A DNA stretch of 63,202 bases, filler included, from Octopus bimaculoides (GCF_001194135.2; 6 parts of 6 records of this genome joined end to end with filler, not necessarily neighbours in it), one strand, 5' to 3'; counted from the whole stretch's first letter, positions 24,952 through 38,622 are shown. Notes: generated by a model not told the origin, from the letters alone. Made by a program: numbers and translations.

Positions 24952-27168
24952 TAGTGTTTCCCAAACTTATCGTGCCAAATTGTAATATCGCCCACCTATC
25001 AGCGAAAAAATGTTCCATCACCCACCTGTGTAAAAAGAAAATCCGTGACACAACCTCCAACACAAAATTCCCTAGAACCCCCCCTCCCTGCATCATTTGA
25101 CACACACATTATATCGTAGGCCCGTTGCCCTGATTGTGCTGTTTGGACTAAATATGCGGTTGTTTACAAATCCTTTATCGGGGTTTAATTTAACCATTAG
25201 TGTAAATAAAATTCTAGCGTTAACTCTATATTATGCAGACAAATTGACTTCTGGAAACTTTCGCCTTTCTTTTACACTGATTTTCATTTTCTCCAAATGA
25301 ACCATTGATCAGAGCTACCGATGCGAAAATAATGATTGTATTATAAAGGAAAAGAATAAAACTTTTTAATGAGAACCATGTGTCTGGTGCGATGCAGCTA
25401 GTGCAGATACATTCGGTTTCAAACTTGTCGACTTTAGCCGCAAATCTCTTCATTGTATCACATCCAGTCCAATTCTTTTATGGGAAAATAAAATTCCAAC
25501 ATGGTTAAAACCAGATTCAACCAGGTATGATGGAAACAAAAGTAATTTCAGCTGTTTCCACAGATTGGGATAGGAATTCGATATACTCTGATGGTACCAC
25601 AAACCTTCTTTGACATAGCGTCATTGCTATTTTTAAATTCTATCAATTCCTCCTAAAAATCATCCTCGCAATCGACTGCATCGACCTCAAATGGATTGCT
25701 ATACCAATTTGGAATATTCAGCGCAATAACATCTTGAAATCGTTCCACCATGTTATCGTGCAATGATTGTAAATAGTTGTGATATGTTGTTAAATCCTCA
25801 TCGATCAATTCCTCTTTCAAAGAATCAAGTTGTGGAAATTGATGGAATTGAAGTTTTGAAATTTTAGTCTTAAACAACACCAATTTCAATGAAGCGGATA
25901 GTGGAGTATTTTCAGTGAAAAAGATATTATATGAAACAGTTCAACAAAGCGTAAAACACAGCTTCCTTTTGACAGCCTCCGCACCTCGGTATGGTATAAG
26001 AGTTTAGTATGGTCCTCATCATTTCTCAGACAGAGTTGACAGAAAATTCGATCAGACAAGGGACTGGACTTCAATTTGTTCACAGTCTTGATAACTAACT
26101 GTAGCGCATCATTCAATCTACTGTTCATACTTGTTGCCACTAAATGCTGCCGGTGTGCCAAGCAATGAACAGTTAGTATCTGGTGTGAAATTTCACGCGC
26201 TTTAGGAGAGATGAAAAACTCTGTATCTTCCTATCATTGAAGGGGCTTCATCAGACGCACAGACAGGGATATTACGTTCAAAAATGAAAGGCTTGAGAGT
26301 GTGAAAAATCGTTGCACCTTTTGAATCAAGCGGCAATTTCTCTGTGAACAGTAATTCCTCATAAGTATGAAGGTCTTCGCTGAAATACCGAACATATACC
26401 ATCATCAAACATTGATTATCGACAACAATTGACTCATCCACTTGTATAGAAAATTCAGAACGCTAGAGAATATTAATAAGCTGATGTTCGACATCGTTGG
26501 CCATTTCATCGATGCGTCGAGAAATTGTGTTATTACTAAGTGGGATTTTTTTTCATAATGTTATCGCGTTTTTTGTGCATAACAGTTGACAAAACCTCTT
26601 CGATAACTGGGGGCGAAGTAATGTTTCTCCAATTGTGTGAGACTTCCCAGACATAGCAACAAGCAATGCAATGCTGTACGATGCAATCAACCCGTCATTC
26701 TTTTGTTTACTAGTTTTCTGGAGTAGCATGTTGAATGTTTGTATTTGCTTTTTGAAAGAGGAGCTCAGTTACAAAATGTATGATAACGGTTTATCCTTCT
26801 TGTCAGAACGCTTTGCATCAAAGTGATACTTCAAGCATGAGGGTTTCATTGCTTCATTGGTCAATGTTTGATGGCAAAGAAGACACATTGGTGCCTGACA
26901 GTTCTGAGGAGAAGAAATAAATCCAAATGATAAATAATCGCTACTGTACTGTCGACAAATGTTCTTGACTGGTGACGTCAATAAAGTGAAAATGCGAAAA
27001 CGAATTTCTATAGACGGCATCAGAAAAGCAGTATGGCATTCCCAAAGAGAAGAAGAAGTCAATAGTGCAGAGTCAGATGACACAATTTTACTGGAGCAAA
27101 TACGGATCTAGTTCGTTTGGCTACCAGCATTCCAAAAGTTAAAGTTTATCGAAAGTTTTAGAACTTGG
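24952..27168 (-). mobile_element. Degenerate hAT (Buster/Charlie-like) transposon
   Basis: CRQYSSDYLSFGF..PMCLLC..LTNEAMKPS, DES..QCLMMVYVRY..EELLF, AHRQHLV..VIKTVNKLK..LLYHTEVRRLSKG, NPF. TIR-like TAGTGTTTCCCAAACT at 24952; right end degraded, no TSD seen. Confidence 0.92.
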
Positions 27169-28154
27169 CACATTAATATTTCTTTCCAAGTTAAATTGCT
27201 GGAGTTATTCAACTTTTTCCAGAAAAATGTTTTTAAAAAGTTATGGAGATTTAAAGTTTAATCATTTTCACCCAGTCAAGAAATACGATTTCAAAGCTGT
27301 CCTTTTGTGCGTGACTGCACATTTTGTCAACATCCTGAAAATAACACTTGTGTTTTGATATGANNNNNNNNNNNNNNNNNNNNNNNNNNNNNNNNNNNNN
27401 NNNNNNNNNNNNNNNNNNNNNNNNNNNNNNNNNNNNNNNNNNNNNNNNNNNNNNNNNNNNNNNNNNNNNNNNNNNNNNNNNNNNNNNNNNNNNNNNNNNN
27501 NNNNNNNNNNNNNNNNNNNNNNNNNNNNNNNNNNNNNNNNNNNNNNNNNNNNNNNNNNNNNNNNNNNNNNNNNNNNNNNNNNNNNNNNNNNNNNNNNNNN
27601 NNNNNNNNNNNNNNNNNNNNNNNNNNNNNNNNNNNNNNNNNNNNNNNNNNNNNNNNNNNNNNNNNNNNNNNNNNNNNNNNNNNNNNNNNNNNNNNNNNNN
27701 NNNNNNNNNNNNNNNNNNNNNNNNNNNNNNNNNNNNNNNNNNNNNNNNNNNNNNNNNNNNNNNNNNNNNNNNNNNNNNNNNNNNNNNNNNNNNNNNNNNN
27801 NNNNNNNNNNNNNNNNNNNNNNNNNNNNNNNNNNNNNNNNNNNNNNNNNNNNNNNNNNNNNNNNNNNNNNNNNNNNNNNNNNNNNNNNNNNNNNNNNNNN
27901 NNNNNNNNNNNNNNNNNNNNNNNNNNNNNNNNNNNNNNNNNNNNNNNNNNNNNNNNNNNNNNNNNNNNNNNNNNNNNNNNNNNNNNNNNNNNNNNNNNNN
28001 NNNNNNNNNNNNNNNNNNNNNNNNNNNNNNNNNNNNNNNNNNNNNNNNNNNNNNNNNNNNNNNNNNNNNNNNNNNNNNNNNNNNNNNNNNNNNNNNNNNN
28101 NNNNNNNNNNNNNNNNNNNNNNNNNNNNNNNNNNNNNNNNNNNNNNNNNNNNNN

Positions 28155-28188
<34 letters not shown>

Positions 28189-28334
28189 TGTATGTATGTA
28201 TGCATGTATGTATATGTATATATTTTGTGTTTAAAGCTATAACATCAACAATATAAGCGTTTAGCTGAGAACATAATCAATAAGAATTTAAAACATTGGA
28301 TGTGGAAAATACGTAGAAAGCGTCAAATACTTAC

Positions 28335-28534
28335 AAATTTTCAACAGTTGGCGGAATCGGTTGGGGTACTGATGTTAATTGACGAGAACCACAATCTACA
28401 TTTCCATTTGACTTGCAAGAACACTTTGTGCATATATCTGCACCAGCATGAACCTCCAAAACCAATATCGTATACAGTATCAGCACGAAAGTTTGCTTAT
28501 ATGATAGTATGTGGCGGAACATATATTCAGGCAT
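28335..28534 (-). CDS. First coding exon of an extracellular LRR protein: signal peptide + LRRNT
   Basis: Reads MPEYMFRHILSYKQTFVLILYTILVLEVHAG-ADICTKCSCKSNGNVDCGSRQLTSVPQPIPPTVEN(L): hydrophobic leader then an LRRNT-type CxxCxC...VDC...LTSVP..IP motif. Strong acceptor ttttcttctcttacag ends just 5' of 28542; donor GTAAG follows 28335 in phase 2, matching the LRR exons. Confidence 0.9.
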
Positions 28535-29685
28535 AGATTAATCTGTAAGAGAAGAAAATAGAAAATATCAGAGACTTCAATGTTATTGTCCTCACGCTGC
28601 AGATTCTTTTAAAGAATTGAAGTTCACCCCTGTTCATTCTGACGAATATATCTTTATTTTCATTATTTAATATTTAAAGATACAAAACTAAATTTCGATA
28701 AAGTAGTATGGAGCATTTTATTATAGATTATAGCATTAATGGGAGATAATATCAAATAAACCTGAACACCAAAAACCCTCACCTACAAACACAAACACAC
28801 ATACATACAGAGATAAACACAACTTTACACATTCACAAGCAGTAATCATACTTGGCGGATCTACTATAAAATTAATGAATCGTAAGTTTTGTGTACTGTA
28901 AAAATGTGTTGCCCCTAAACCCAGTTGGGCCGCTAAATCCGATGGGTCCCCACAAGCAACTGTATTGTAACGAATGATTTCTTTTTTATACACCCCGGGT
29001 TGGGAAGCGTTCTTACAAATTCTTCATCAAATATGCTTTGATGATTTCATTTTACTAACTTTTTTCTACAAAACGAGAACAAAGAATGAAGATAGATTTC
29101 CATGAAAATAATCTTCCTTCACCTTCCAACAGAGATTTTCATAGGAAAGACCTTACTGCAACTGACCATCTCACACTCAGTGCCATCACCCTCATCTCCC
29201 TCCATTACTACTTCTACTACTACTACTGCTGCTGCTGCTGCTTCTGCTGCTTCTGCTGCTTCTGCTGCTTCTGCTGCTGCTGCTACTGCTGCTTCTGCTG
29301 CTGCTGTTGTTGTTGTTATTGTGACAGTGAACTGGAGGAATCATTATTACACCGAACGAAATGTTTAATCGCATTTCTTCCGACTTTGTACGTTCCGAAT
29401 TCAAATAACACCAAGATCGACTTTGCCTTTCATTCTTTCGAAGTGGGTAAGATAAGGCATCGGTGAAGTACTGTGAGTCGATGTAACTGACTTGCATCTC
29501 CTCTCGAAAAATTGCTGGCCTTGTGCCAAAATTTGAAACCATTGTTTTGTTTTGTTGTTTTCATTCCTGTTTTTGTGTTGCTCGCTTTGATTAAATAATA
29601 TAAGTATACATAAATACGTACACACATATATAACTATATAGACACAAACATAATTAAACGCCTACATACATATAAAGCAGATGTA

Positions 29686-30347
29686 CAGGACACCTCTTTC
29701 GAGAGCTCTAATTTCATTCTACTTTTTTACCTCACTTTTCAGATAATATCAGGCATCAGGTTGACTCTGTAAATGAAAAGACACGCTGTAATCATTACCT
29801 TAAAAGCGCAGCTTAGTGACACAAAGTTAGCTCGCTTCCTGAAAGTTGCTCCATCCTCCGCTGTCAAAGTTTGAAAGTGGATGGAAGCTGCTGAAGAGGA
29901 TCCAACATCAAAAGCTAAGCGCAAAATGTATCAGGCCTGACTTCTAATACCTTCAGAACAAACAACTTTCAACAAAATGTTCAAGAGATAATAGATAAAC
30001 ATCCCGTGAAGTCAATTTAATCCATTGCCAAGGACCTCAAGGTTTCAGAATGTACAATCAGAGGAGTTGTGCACCATCAGAATGCACCATCAGAGGACCG
30101 TACGTCTTACAACAAGACTTTGCACTGTCTCATAAGGCCAGGAAATTCAAGTGAGCATGCGTGCCAATCACATGATCATATTCTCCTAGACACACCACTT
30201 TCTATCTCACCAGACTTCATCTGTTGGACTATTACTTATGTGGTGTAGTTTACATTGAGGTCAATCAACACCGCCATAACACCATACAATTTCTGAAGTC
30301 CGCCATAAGCAAAATTGAGAAAGAATATCTAATTCGGACATGTCAAT
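29686..30347 (+). mobile_element. Internally deleted maT-like transposon
   Basis: MKRHAVIITLKA..LARFLKVA, SIAKDLKVSECTIR, LDYYLCGVVYIEVNQHRHNT. Confidence 0.75.
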
Positions 30348-30953
30348 ANNNNNNNNNNNNNNNNNNNNNNNNNNNNNNNNNNNNNNNNNNNNNNNNNNNN
30401 NNNNNNNNNNNNNNNNNNNNNNNNNNNNNNNNNNNNNNNNNNNNNNNNTTACTTCGTTCTTCTTCTCTCCCATTTAATAGCTTTCTTCTATCCCTCTACC
30501 GCTAACATATTTTTTATAACATAGAAACGTAAAAACACTCACAACCACACATACGTGATCTGTGACAACACCATACACATAAACACATACACACATCAAC
30601 ATTATAGATATAAGATTTAGTTTCTGTGTGTTTCTTATCTAAACATGCGCACGCATTACTATTTTATAACTGTCTTCCGTTCTCCCTTCCTCTCTTCCCC
30701 TCTCTTCATTGCTACCGCTCTCTATTCCTTTCTCCCCCTCTCTCTTTTCATTTCTCCCTCTTCTCTCTCGCTCTCTCAAACGCATACACGCGCACGTACA
30801 CACAAGCATTCACTACAAGATAACTCATGTTCGTCAATGTTTTGTAAATATACAAACTACGGAGGTTATGGACAACACATTGCAAATCAGTGAACTTCAT
30901 TACGAATGTGGGTAATTTTTCAGATTAACACCCGCACGATTTTCAATAGGATG

Positions 30954-31048
30954 TTAGGGTTACGGTTTTTGGGTTAGGGTTAGGGTTTTAGGGTTAGGGT
31001 TACGATTAGGGTTAGTGTTACGGTTACGGTTTTAGGGTCAGGGTTAGG
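30954..31048 (+). repeat. Degenerate (TTAGGG)n telomere-like tract running into a gap
   Basis: TTAGGG units mixed with TTACGG, TTTTAGGG and TCAGGG variants. Confidence 0.85.
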
Positions 31049-31092
31049 NNNNNNNNNNNNNNNNNNNNNNNNNNNNNNNNNNNNNNNNNNNN

Positions 31093-31104
31093 TTAATTAA
31101 TTAA
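31093..31104. other. Assembly linker TTAATTAATTAA (artefact)
   Basis: Identical 12-mer inside N runs at 31093, 34761, 42329, 48847 and 54692 (44 N on each side at 31093); it has stops in all six frames. Confidence 0.95.
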
Positions 31105-32629
31105 NNNNNNNNNNNNNNNNNNNNNNNNNNNNNNNNNNNNNNNNNNNNATATATATATATATATATATATAGTAGTGAGGGGTAGAGTCGAAGAACAACA
31201 GAAGGAAGAACGAGAGGGAGAGAAAGATACAAAGATAGATAGAGTCGCGTCAGAAATATAACGTTAAAACTTACTTGCAAAGATGACGCGTGCGTTCGAT
31301 CATGTAATAATACAAATATGTGAGTATATGCATATATACGTACATGTATGTACATACCTACATCTACATGTATATATAGATGCATATCCGGGTACAGGAC
31401 GTTGCAAAAAACGTGAACAAAATAAGAAACAGAACATAAACTGAGCACAGAAAACACACAGGCCACGTGCGTATATATATATATATATGTATATATGTAT
31501 ACACATATGTGTGTGTGCATATTCATAGCTATATCTATACCTACATACCTACCTACCTACCTACCTACCTATCTTTGTCTGTCTGTCGGTCGGTCTGTCT
31601 ATCTGTGGATTTATATATNNNNNNNNNNNNNNNNNNNNNNNNNNNNNNNNNNNNNNNNNNNNNNNNNNNNNNNNNNNNNNNNNNNNNNNNNNNNNNNNNN
31701 NNNNNNNNNNNNNNNNNNNNNNNNNNNNNNNNNNNNNTATATATATATATATATATGTATATATTAAAGATATTAAAGATATTTTATCTCTATAAATTTA
31801 TAGTTCGCTAAAAATCCATAGTTATATTCCACAGTACACAGTATGATTGTAAATGAACGACAGTTCCCCCTCCCAGAAACCAACGAACGAACGAACAGGG
31901 GCAGCTGACGTAAAAAGACGTTCAAACATACATAAAAAATAAACGAACGCTGTTTCTTTCGCGGTAAATGATTCTACTAAATAATAGCCATAGGGCTGGA
32001 TTTCTTTTCGTCTGAAGAACGGTGCGGGATGTTTGATGTCTGCTTTGTTTCTAATTTTTTCTTAATCAATGAACCGACATTTTGAATCGGGGGCATGATT
32101 TTATAAATCTAATCATAATATAGTGATACATGTAAATAGAATTTATTATGTATCTTCTCTTTTGCCCTTTGTTTTTCTCTTTTATATTGTTTCACTTTTA
32201 TGAATGTGTGTGTGCGAACATAATATGTAAGCATGTGTGTATGTATGTATTTATGTATGTGTTTATGTATGTATGTATGTATCTATGTATGCATGTATGC
32301 CTGTATGTATGTGTATATGTATTTATGCATGTATGTATGCATGTATGTATGAATGTATGTATGGTTATAATATATATACATATGTACGTGTGTATGTATG
32401 TTTGTATATGCAAGCATACATACATATATCTTCATACACACGAGTGTACGTTTATGTGTATTGATACTGTGTGTTTTATGTGTGTGAGTGCGTGTTTATG
32501 TGTGTGTGTGTGTGTGTGTGCGTGTGTGTGTGGCTGTGTGTACATGCGTGTGTAAACCAAAGCTCTTTAACCGCACGTCCCTTTCAAATAGCCAACAGAT
32601 TTATTGGCTAGAAAAGTGTTGCAAGCTTC

Positions 32630-33370
32630 AACAATGAGCTCCCATTTTGCAGACGACACCGTATTCATCAGGGAAACCTCAGATCAACCAAAACCCAGAC
32701 TGATAGAGCTGGACTTTCAGAGTGCAGTTGTAGGTCTGAAAATAAATCGCATAAAAACAAAATAAATGGTGCCCGAATAATGTTGTAAAGTGAGGAAATT
32801 GAGGAAGTGAAGGAGTAACTGGATTTTAAGACGAGCAATAAATATTTACCGAAGTATGAGCGCTAAATTCTCACGCAGGGCAAGAGTAGGACGAAAAGTA
32901 TTTGTTTCGAATAAAGATGTACAAAAGGCACAACTGGACAAATCCTTGCGTGCCAGTCTCTTCAACAATCATCCTATTCGTTCTACAATACGCGAGACGA
33001 GGGCCACTAAAGAGAAAAAAGATCGGTGATTGTTGACGATACCATACAGGATAGTTCAGAAGGATGTTAGATAGGAATATCATTGCAGAAGCATGTCCAA
33101 AATGAGTTAATTAGCGAGTGGGATAAGTGGATACCGAATGCAGAAAATTCTGCCCAGTCGGACATATCACAATGTTTATAGGCGTGCCGACAGTTCCATG
33201 CGGTTGTTGGATTGTGACCAAGAGAAAGAAAGAGGCCGCTCAAAACATCCACAGAATGAGGGGAAGACGACATAGTAAAACAATTCTACATAAAATTGTT
33301 TATTTCCAAATGGTAAAGACAGCCATAACCAAGGGCAGAATGAAGGTGCATTGTGACGAACGATAGAGAA
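32630..33370 (+). mobile_element. Degenerate RTE-clade LINE RT and C-terminus
   Basis: HFADDTV..VGLKINRIKTK; KAQLDKSLRASLFN; remnants of the W(A)GHI and KR..GRP motifs. Confidence 0.7.
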
Positions 33371-33904
33371 GGACATCAAAAAGTATAGTCGAATATGTAT
33401 ATTGTAAACGTCAACTCGTGGGCGAGTAAGACCAATTCCTAAACTCAGTAATTTCAGGCAGGCGTTCTGAGAGTCCAATAAGTTCTTGAGCGTGAATTTG
33501 TTTTGAGTAGATAAAGTGTTGCGCAGCAGCGAACCAATTTTTCAGTGCAATCAGCTCTTGCGCCTCACTTTTTATATACGAGTTTATCTTCATATATCCA
33601 CAGTTACCTACACGTATACATAAATATTAAACAATATATATATATATATATATAAACGTCAAAGACTTTCCGTATTCCCGAGCNNNNNNNNNNNNNNNNN
33701 NNNNNNNNNNNNNNNNNNNNNNNNNNNNNNNNNNNNNNNNNNNNNNNNNNNNNNNNNNNNNNNNNNNNNNNNNNNNNNNNNNNCACACGCTCACTCAGAC
33801 ATATCTTGAGGAGAATTTTTCCGGTAATATTATATATTTTTCACCCTTGAGGCCAACAAATTATCGATGTTCTCAGTATTGTTATATTTATTTATATGCT
33901 AAGG

Positions 33905-34029
33905 TATAATCATCATCGTCATAATCATCATCATCATCATCATCGTCGTCGTCGTCGTCGTCATCACTTATTGTCAGTATTATCAGCACCACTGGCACTA
34001 ACTCCACCATCGCTCCCCTCCTCCCCCAA

Positions 34030-34069
<40 letters not shown>

Positions 34070-34199
34070 TGCAACACCTCACCCAACCACCACCGTCCCC
34101 CCCACCAGCACCACCACCACAACCAGCAAGACCAACAACAGCAACACCAATAGCCCCAACAACAACAACACCTTCATCGTAATCGTCATCGTCGTCGTT

Positions 34200-34230
<31 letters not shown>

Positions 34231-34286
34231 CCACCACCACCACTACCACCATCATTATATTCATTATCGTCGTAGCCGCCGTCAAC

Positions 34287-34326
<40 letters not shown>

Positions 34327-34330
34327 GTTG
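33905..34330. repeat. Mosaic trinucleotide microsatellite (CAT/CGT/CAG/CAC/CAA)
   Basis: Direct reading. Similar tracts: (GAA)n 12000-12093, (GAT)n 14913-15040, (CTG/CTA)n 29205-29320, many (TATG)n/(CA)n/(TA)n. Confidence 0.95.
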
Positions 34331-34816
34331 AGTGGAAAACAATGCGAATCAATATGGTGGCCGAATTCTCAAAAACACTGCGAAGAAGGAAAAACAGCTG
34401 CGAATGGTACAAAAATTCCCACACATTCCTGAAACAAATTTTGGTAGGCACTTTGTGTCCAATGGTTCGAACATCGCAAACGCATAACGGACGCACGGTT
34501 CCAGCAAATTGCCACACGTTTCTATATGTATGCTCTATATTTACATGCGTAGCTGTAAGGATATTGTTAACTCTGTGGGCACGTGTGCACGAAAGCTAAT
34601 GTATACATACATACCTACCTACCTACCTACCTACATATATATAAATATATATAAATGCACACACATATATATAAATGTAAGTATGTATACATCATATATA
34701 TACATGCATACATGTANNNNNNNNNNNNNNNNNNNNNNNNNNNNNNNNNNNNNNNNNNNNTTAATTAATTAANNNNNNNNNNNNNNNNNNNNNNNNNNNN
34801 NNNNNNNNNNNNNNNN

Positions 34817-34863
<47 letters not shown>

Positions 34864-35969
34864 TATATACATATATATACATATATATACATATATATAT
34901 ATATACATATATACATATACATATATATATGTATATATATATAATATATACATATATATGTATGTATGCATACACACACACACATATGTATATATATTCA
35001 TACATTTTATAAAGTATGTATGCATGTTATATATTACATGTGTGTGTATATATGCATTTATTTATGTATATATATATATGTATGTATATATATGAATATA
35101 TAAACATATAGATATATATGTACAAATATATATCCACAAATCTATCTATCTGTCTATCTAACTATCTATATAGCCAAAAATAATCGGGTTCAGTAGTGGG
35201 TTCGATTCTCCATTCCAGTAGCCATTTTAAGACTACACTGGGCATCAATCTTGAGGCGGGCGAATGTGCGGAATACGAGCTAAATTATAGAAATAGTAAT
35301 AATAAGTAGTAAACGGGCGTGGTATTCAGCGCTTTGTAGAACATACCCCGTTCCAAATGCCACAATGTTTACATAATAGAATTATTTCGGCATTTGAAAC
35401 GCGTATGTCCTGTAAAGTATCGAATACCACACCTGGATTCTGCTTATTATCGATTGATTTACACACACACACACTTCAGTATGTATGTATGTATGTATGT
35501 ATGTATGTATGTATCTATGTGTGCGTGTGTGTATGTTATCAAAAAGAATGAGAAAGAGAGAGAGAAATTGTGAGGGTGTGCACACCTGCGTTTGTACGTT
35601 ATATATTCAATATGAAATATATCTTTTTATATAAAGTACGCTGTTTGTGTTGATGTGCATGGATGATATTTCTGTTGTTATTGACATGAATAACAATAAT
35701 TTCTTTCTACTATACGCACAAGGCCTGATATTTGGGGCTTGTCGATTATATCAACCTCACTGCTCAACTGGTACGCATTTCATCAGCCCCCGAAAGGATG
35801 AGATGCAAAATCGACCACAGCGGAATTCGAACTAAGAACCCAAGGACAGAAAGACGGACGAAATACCGCTGAACAGTTTATCCGGGGTGCTAACGGTTCT
35901 GCCAGCCCGCTTCATTGCAAAAGATAGAATTAATAAAAAACGTTTTCTTAGAATACAAATGGGCATGCA

Positions 35970-36018
<49 letters not shown>

Positions 36019-36913
36019 NNNNNNNNNNNNNNNNNNNNNNNNNNNNNNNNNNNNNNNNNNNNNNNNNNNNNNNNNNNNNNNNNNNNNNNNNNNNNNNNNN
36101 NNNNNNNNNNNNNNNNNNNNNNNNNNNNNNNNNNNNNNNNNNNNNNNNNNNNNNNNNNNNNNNNNNNNNNNNNNNNNNNNNNNNNNNNNNNNNNNNNNNN
36201 NNNNNNNNNNNNNNNNNNNNNNNNNNNNNNNNNNNNNNNNNNNNNNNNNNNNNNNNNNNNNNNNNNNNNNNNNNNNNNNNNNNNNNNNNNNNNNNNNNNN
36301 NNNNNNNNNNNNNNNNNNNNNNNNNNNNNNNNNNNTATATACATATGCGTGTGTGTGTGTGTGTAAATAAACCCACGTAAAAAGCCAGTATGACTTGATA
36401 GCATATGCGATACTTTCGCTAATTGTTTTAGGTGCCTGTGTAGTCGCGAGCATATAATGACAACCTTCTAAACTCTTTGATGCTGGGCCCAGAGGAATAT
36501 CAAAGATGTGACAACTTGACGATGAGAAGGTTGCACCTGCACAGAGCTGGTTCTCGTTTACCGTTGAATTGATTGGAGTGATACTAAATAAAAGTCATTT
36601 GCTTAAGGACACAAACTGATGCCTGGCCCTGAAATCGAACCCACATCCTTATCAACGCAATCCAAACTCTCTAACGGGTACTTGAACGCGTGCACGCATT
36701 CACGCTCTCACACACACACATACATATAAACGCGCATACTCACGCATAGGCAAGCACATACACACATGCATACATACATTAATGCATCCATACATACGTA
36801 CACACACACACACACACACAATATTATTACTTTAAAATACTTCACAGTGGTTTATGTAAGAAATTTACCTTTGTAACATTAAAAAAAGTGTAGCGAGAAA
36901 GAGAGAAAGCGCG

Positions 36914-36952
<39 letters not shown>

Positions 36953-36992
36953 TACATTATAACTTAAAACTATATCGAAAATAATATACGGT

Positions 36993-37110
36993 ACTTACGT
37001 CGACAATTATATTCTGTAATGTAGTGCGTGCTAACAGTAGCGCATTTATACAAGTGTTGTCTGCATCAATGACTGATGACGTCAGCACGATCAACCAATC
37101 GTAACAGCTA
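36993..37110 (-). promoter_or_regulatory. Candidate proximal promoter (CCAAT, CRE, TATA) and first non-coding exon donor
   Basis: CCAAT 37095-37099, TGACGTCA 37077-37084, minus-strand TATAAA 37050-37045, donor GTAAGT at 36998. Confidence 0.4.
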
Positions 37111-37303
37111 GAAGCTATTGCAAAATGAACTTACTCGCTGGGTTTGCGCAGTTTGTTAGTGAGATTATCTTTGAAAAACAATTTATTTTTCCCGTAAACA
37201 CAAAGCATAGAATTGATAGTTTGCATGATAACTTCAACTCTTCGTGTGTAAATGTGTGTGCACGTATATGTGTTTTTGTATTACGTTTCTTTCTTTTTTA
37301 TTT

Positions 37304-37384
<81 letters not shown>

Positions 37385-38540
37385 TGCTAATTTCATATTC
37401 ACAGTTTCCCTTCACCTAACTGATTTACTGTACCAACGGATTTGAATTACCAATTCATCTCGTTCTTTCTTTTTCTTCTTTACTTCCTTTCCCCAATTCC
37501 TTTGTTAGTTTCCTCGTTTCTTTTCTCTCTCCTTTTTTTTTTCACTTTCATTTCCCTTACCCATTCTATCTTATTCGTTAATATCCTATTATGAAAAAGA
37601 CTGGAAAGGTTGATTGATACTTTGTAAATGTACAAATAGATGATGCTCTGGTCGATTATTTGATTGATGAGATAATGGATAGAAGGATAAATACATAAAT
37701 AGAATATAGTTTAGAAATACAGACACTACATCATCAGAAAATGGTTGCACGCTTTAGAATATTTGCGTTAGGTGTAAGCTTGATTAACAGTAGGTATATC
37801 CTGGCACACTGAAATCCTTGCATCCAGGAAATGGAATAGTTATGTTAGACACAACTCTGTTCATACATACTGTATTAGTTGAAGTCTGTCTCAAACCAAA
37901 AGACTCATTAAACTGGTGCTTACGCCGATTTTAGTCGTATACACAATTGAAAGTGTAAGACTTCTGTTCTCCTGAACGGGGTGTTAGTCCGTCGCAGAGT
38001 TAACCCTCTAGCTGCCACTGATAGTAATTTCAGCTGAATGAGATAAAGTAACATGAGATGAAGCGCTTTGCTTTCGAACACAATACACAATCTAGTCCGG
38101 GAATCGAACCTACGATTTCAAGATTGCTCAAGATCTTAGCCACTAGGCCGCATGTCATTATTTATATTAGACAAATATATTGGATGAATGTTACCATAAA
38201 CTGCACTGACTCATAAAGCTTCTGCAGTTTTTTAAAGACATAAATTAAAGATTCCCGTAATGGATTAATTCCCTGAGATAAGCAGATGAGGCAGATCTTC
38301 TCCTTGAGAGAACAATGGGGCATTAAAAAAAAAAAAGGATTGGTACCTAATTCTAAAAGATTATTATAATGAGTAAGATGGCCTCCCAATCACACAACTA
38401 AGCGTCTGCAGCGGATATCTTATCCATGGACCAGTTTGTACCCCACGTAACAAAAATACACACGCGTGTTCCCAAATACGTATATCTATATCTATAAAAT
38501 ATGTATATAAATGTATGTGTGTGTGTGTGTGTGTGTGTGT

Positions 38541-38622
38541 GCACTAATAGCAGTGCTTTTATACAAGTGTTGTCTGCATCATTGACTCATGACGCGAGCA
38601 CAACCAGCCAATCGTAACAGCC
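38541..38622 (-). promoter_or_regulatory. Paralogous copy of the promoter-like module (AP-1 site)
   Basis: Minus-strand TATAAAA 38563-38557, TGACTCA 38583-38589, CCAAT 38608-38612; direct repeat of about 37029-37108. Confidence 0.35.

Noticed and set aside
28543-28640. Nearby upstream exon using the GTGAG donor at 28595
   Set aside because: Would need a 53-nt intron and has no good acceptor or promoter; cannot be supported.
34420-34430. kappaB-like site (GGGAATTTTT, minus) upstream of the LRR gene
   Set aside because: Imperfect short motif expected by chance in AT-rich DNA.
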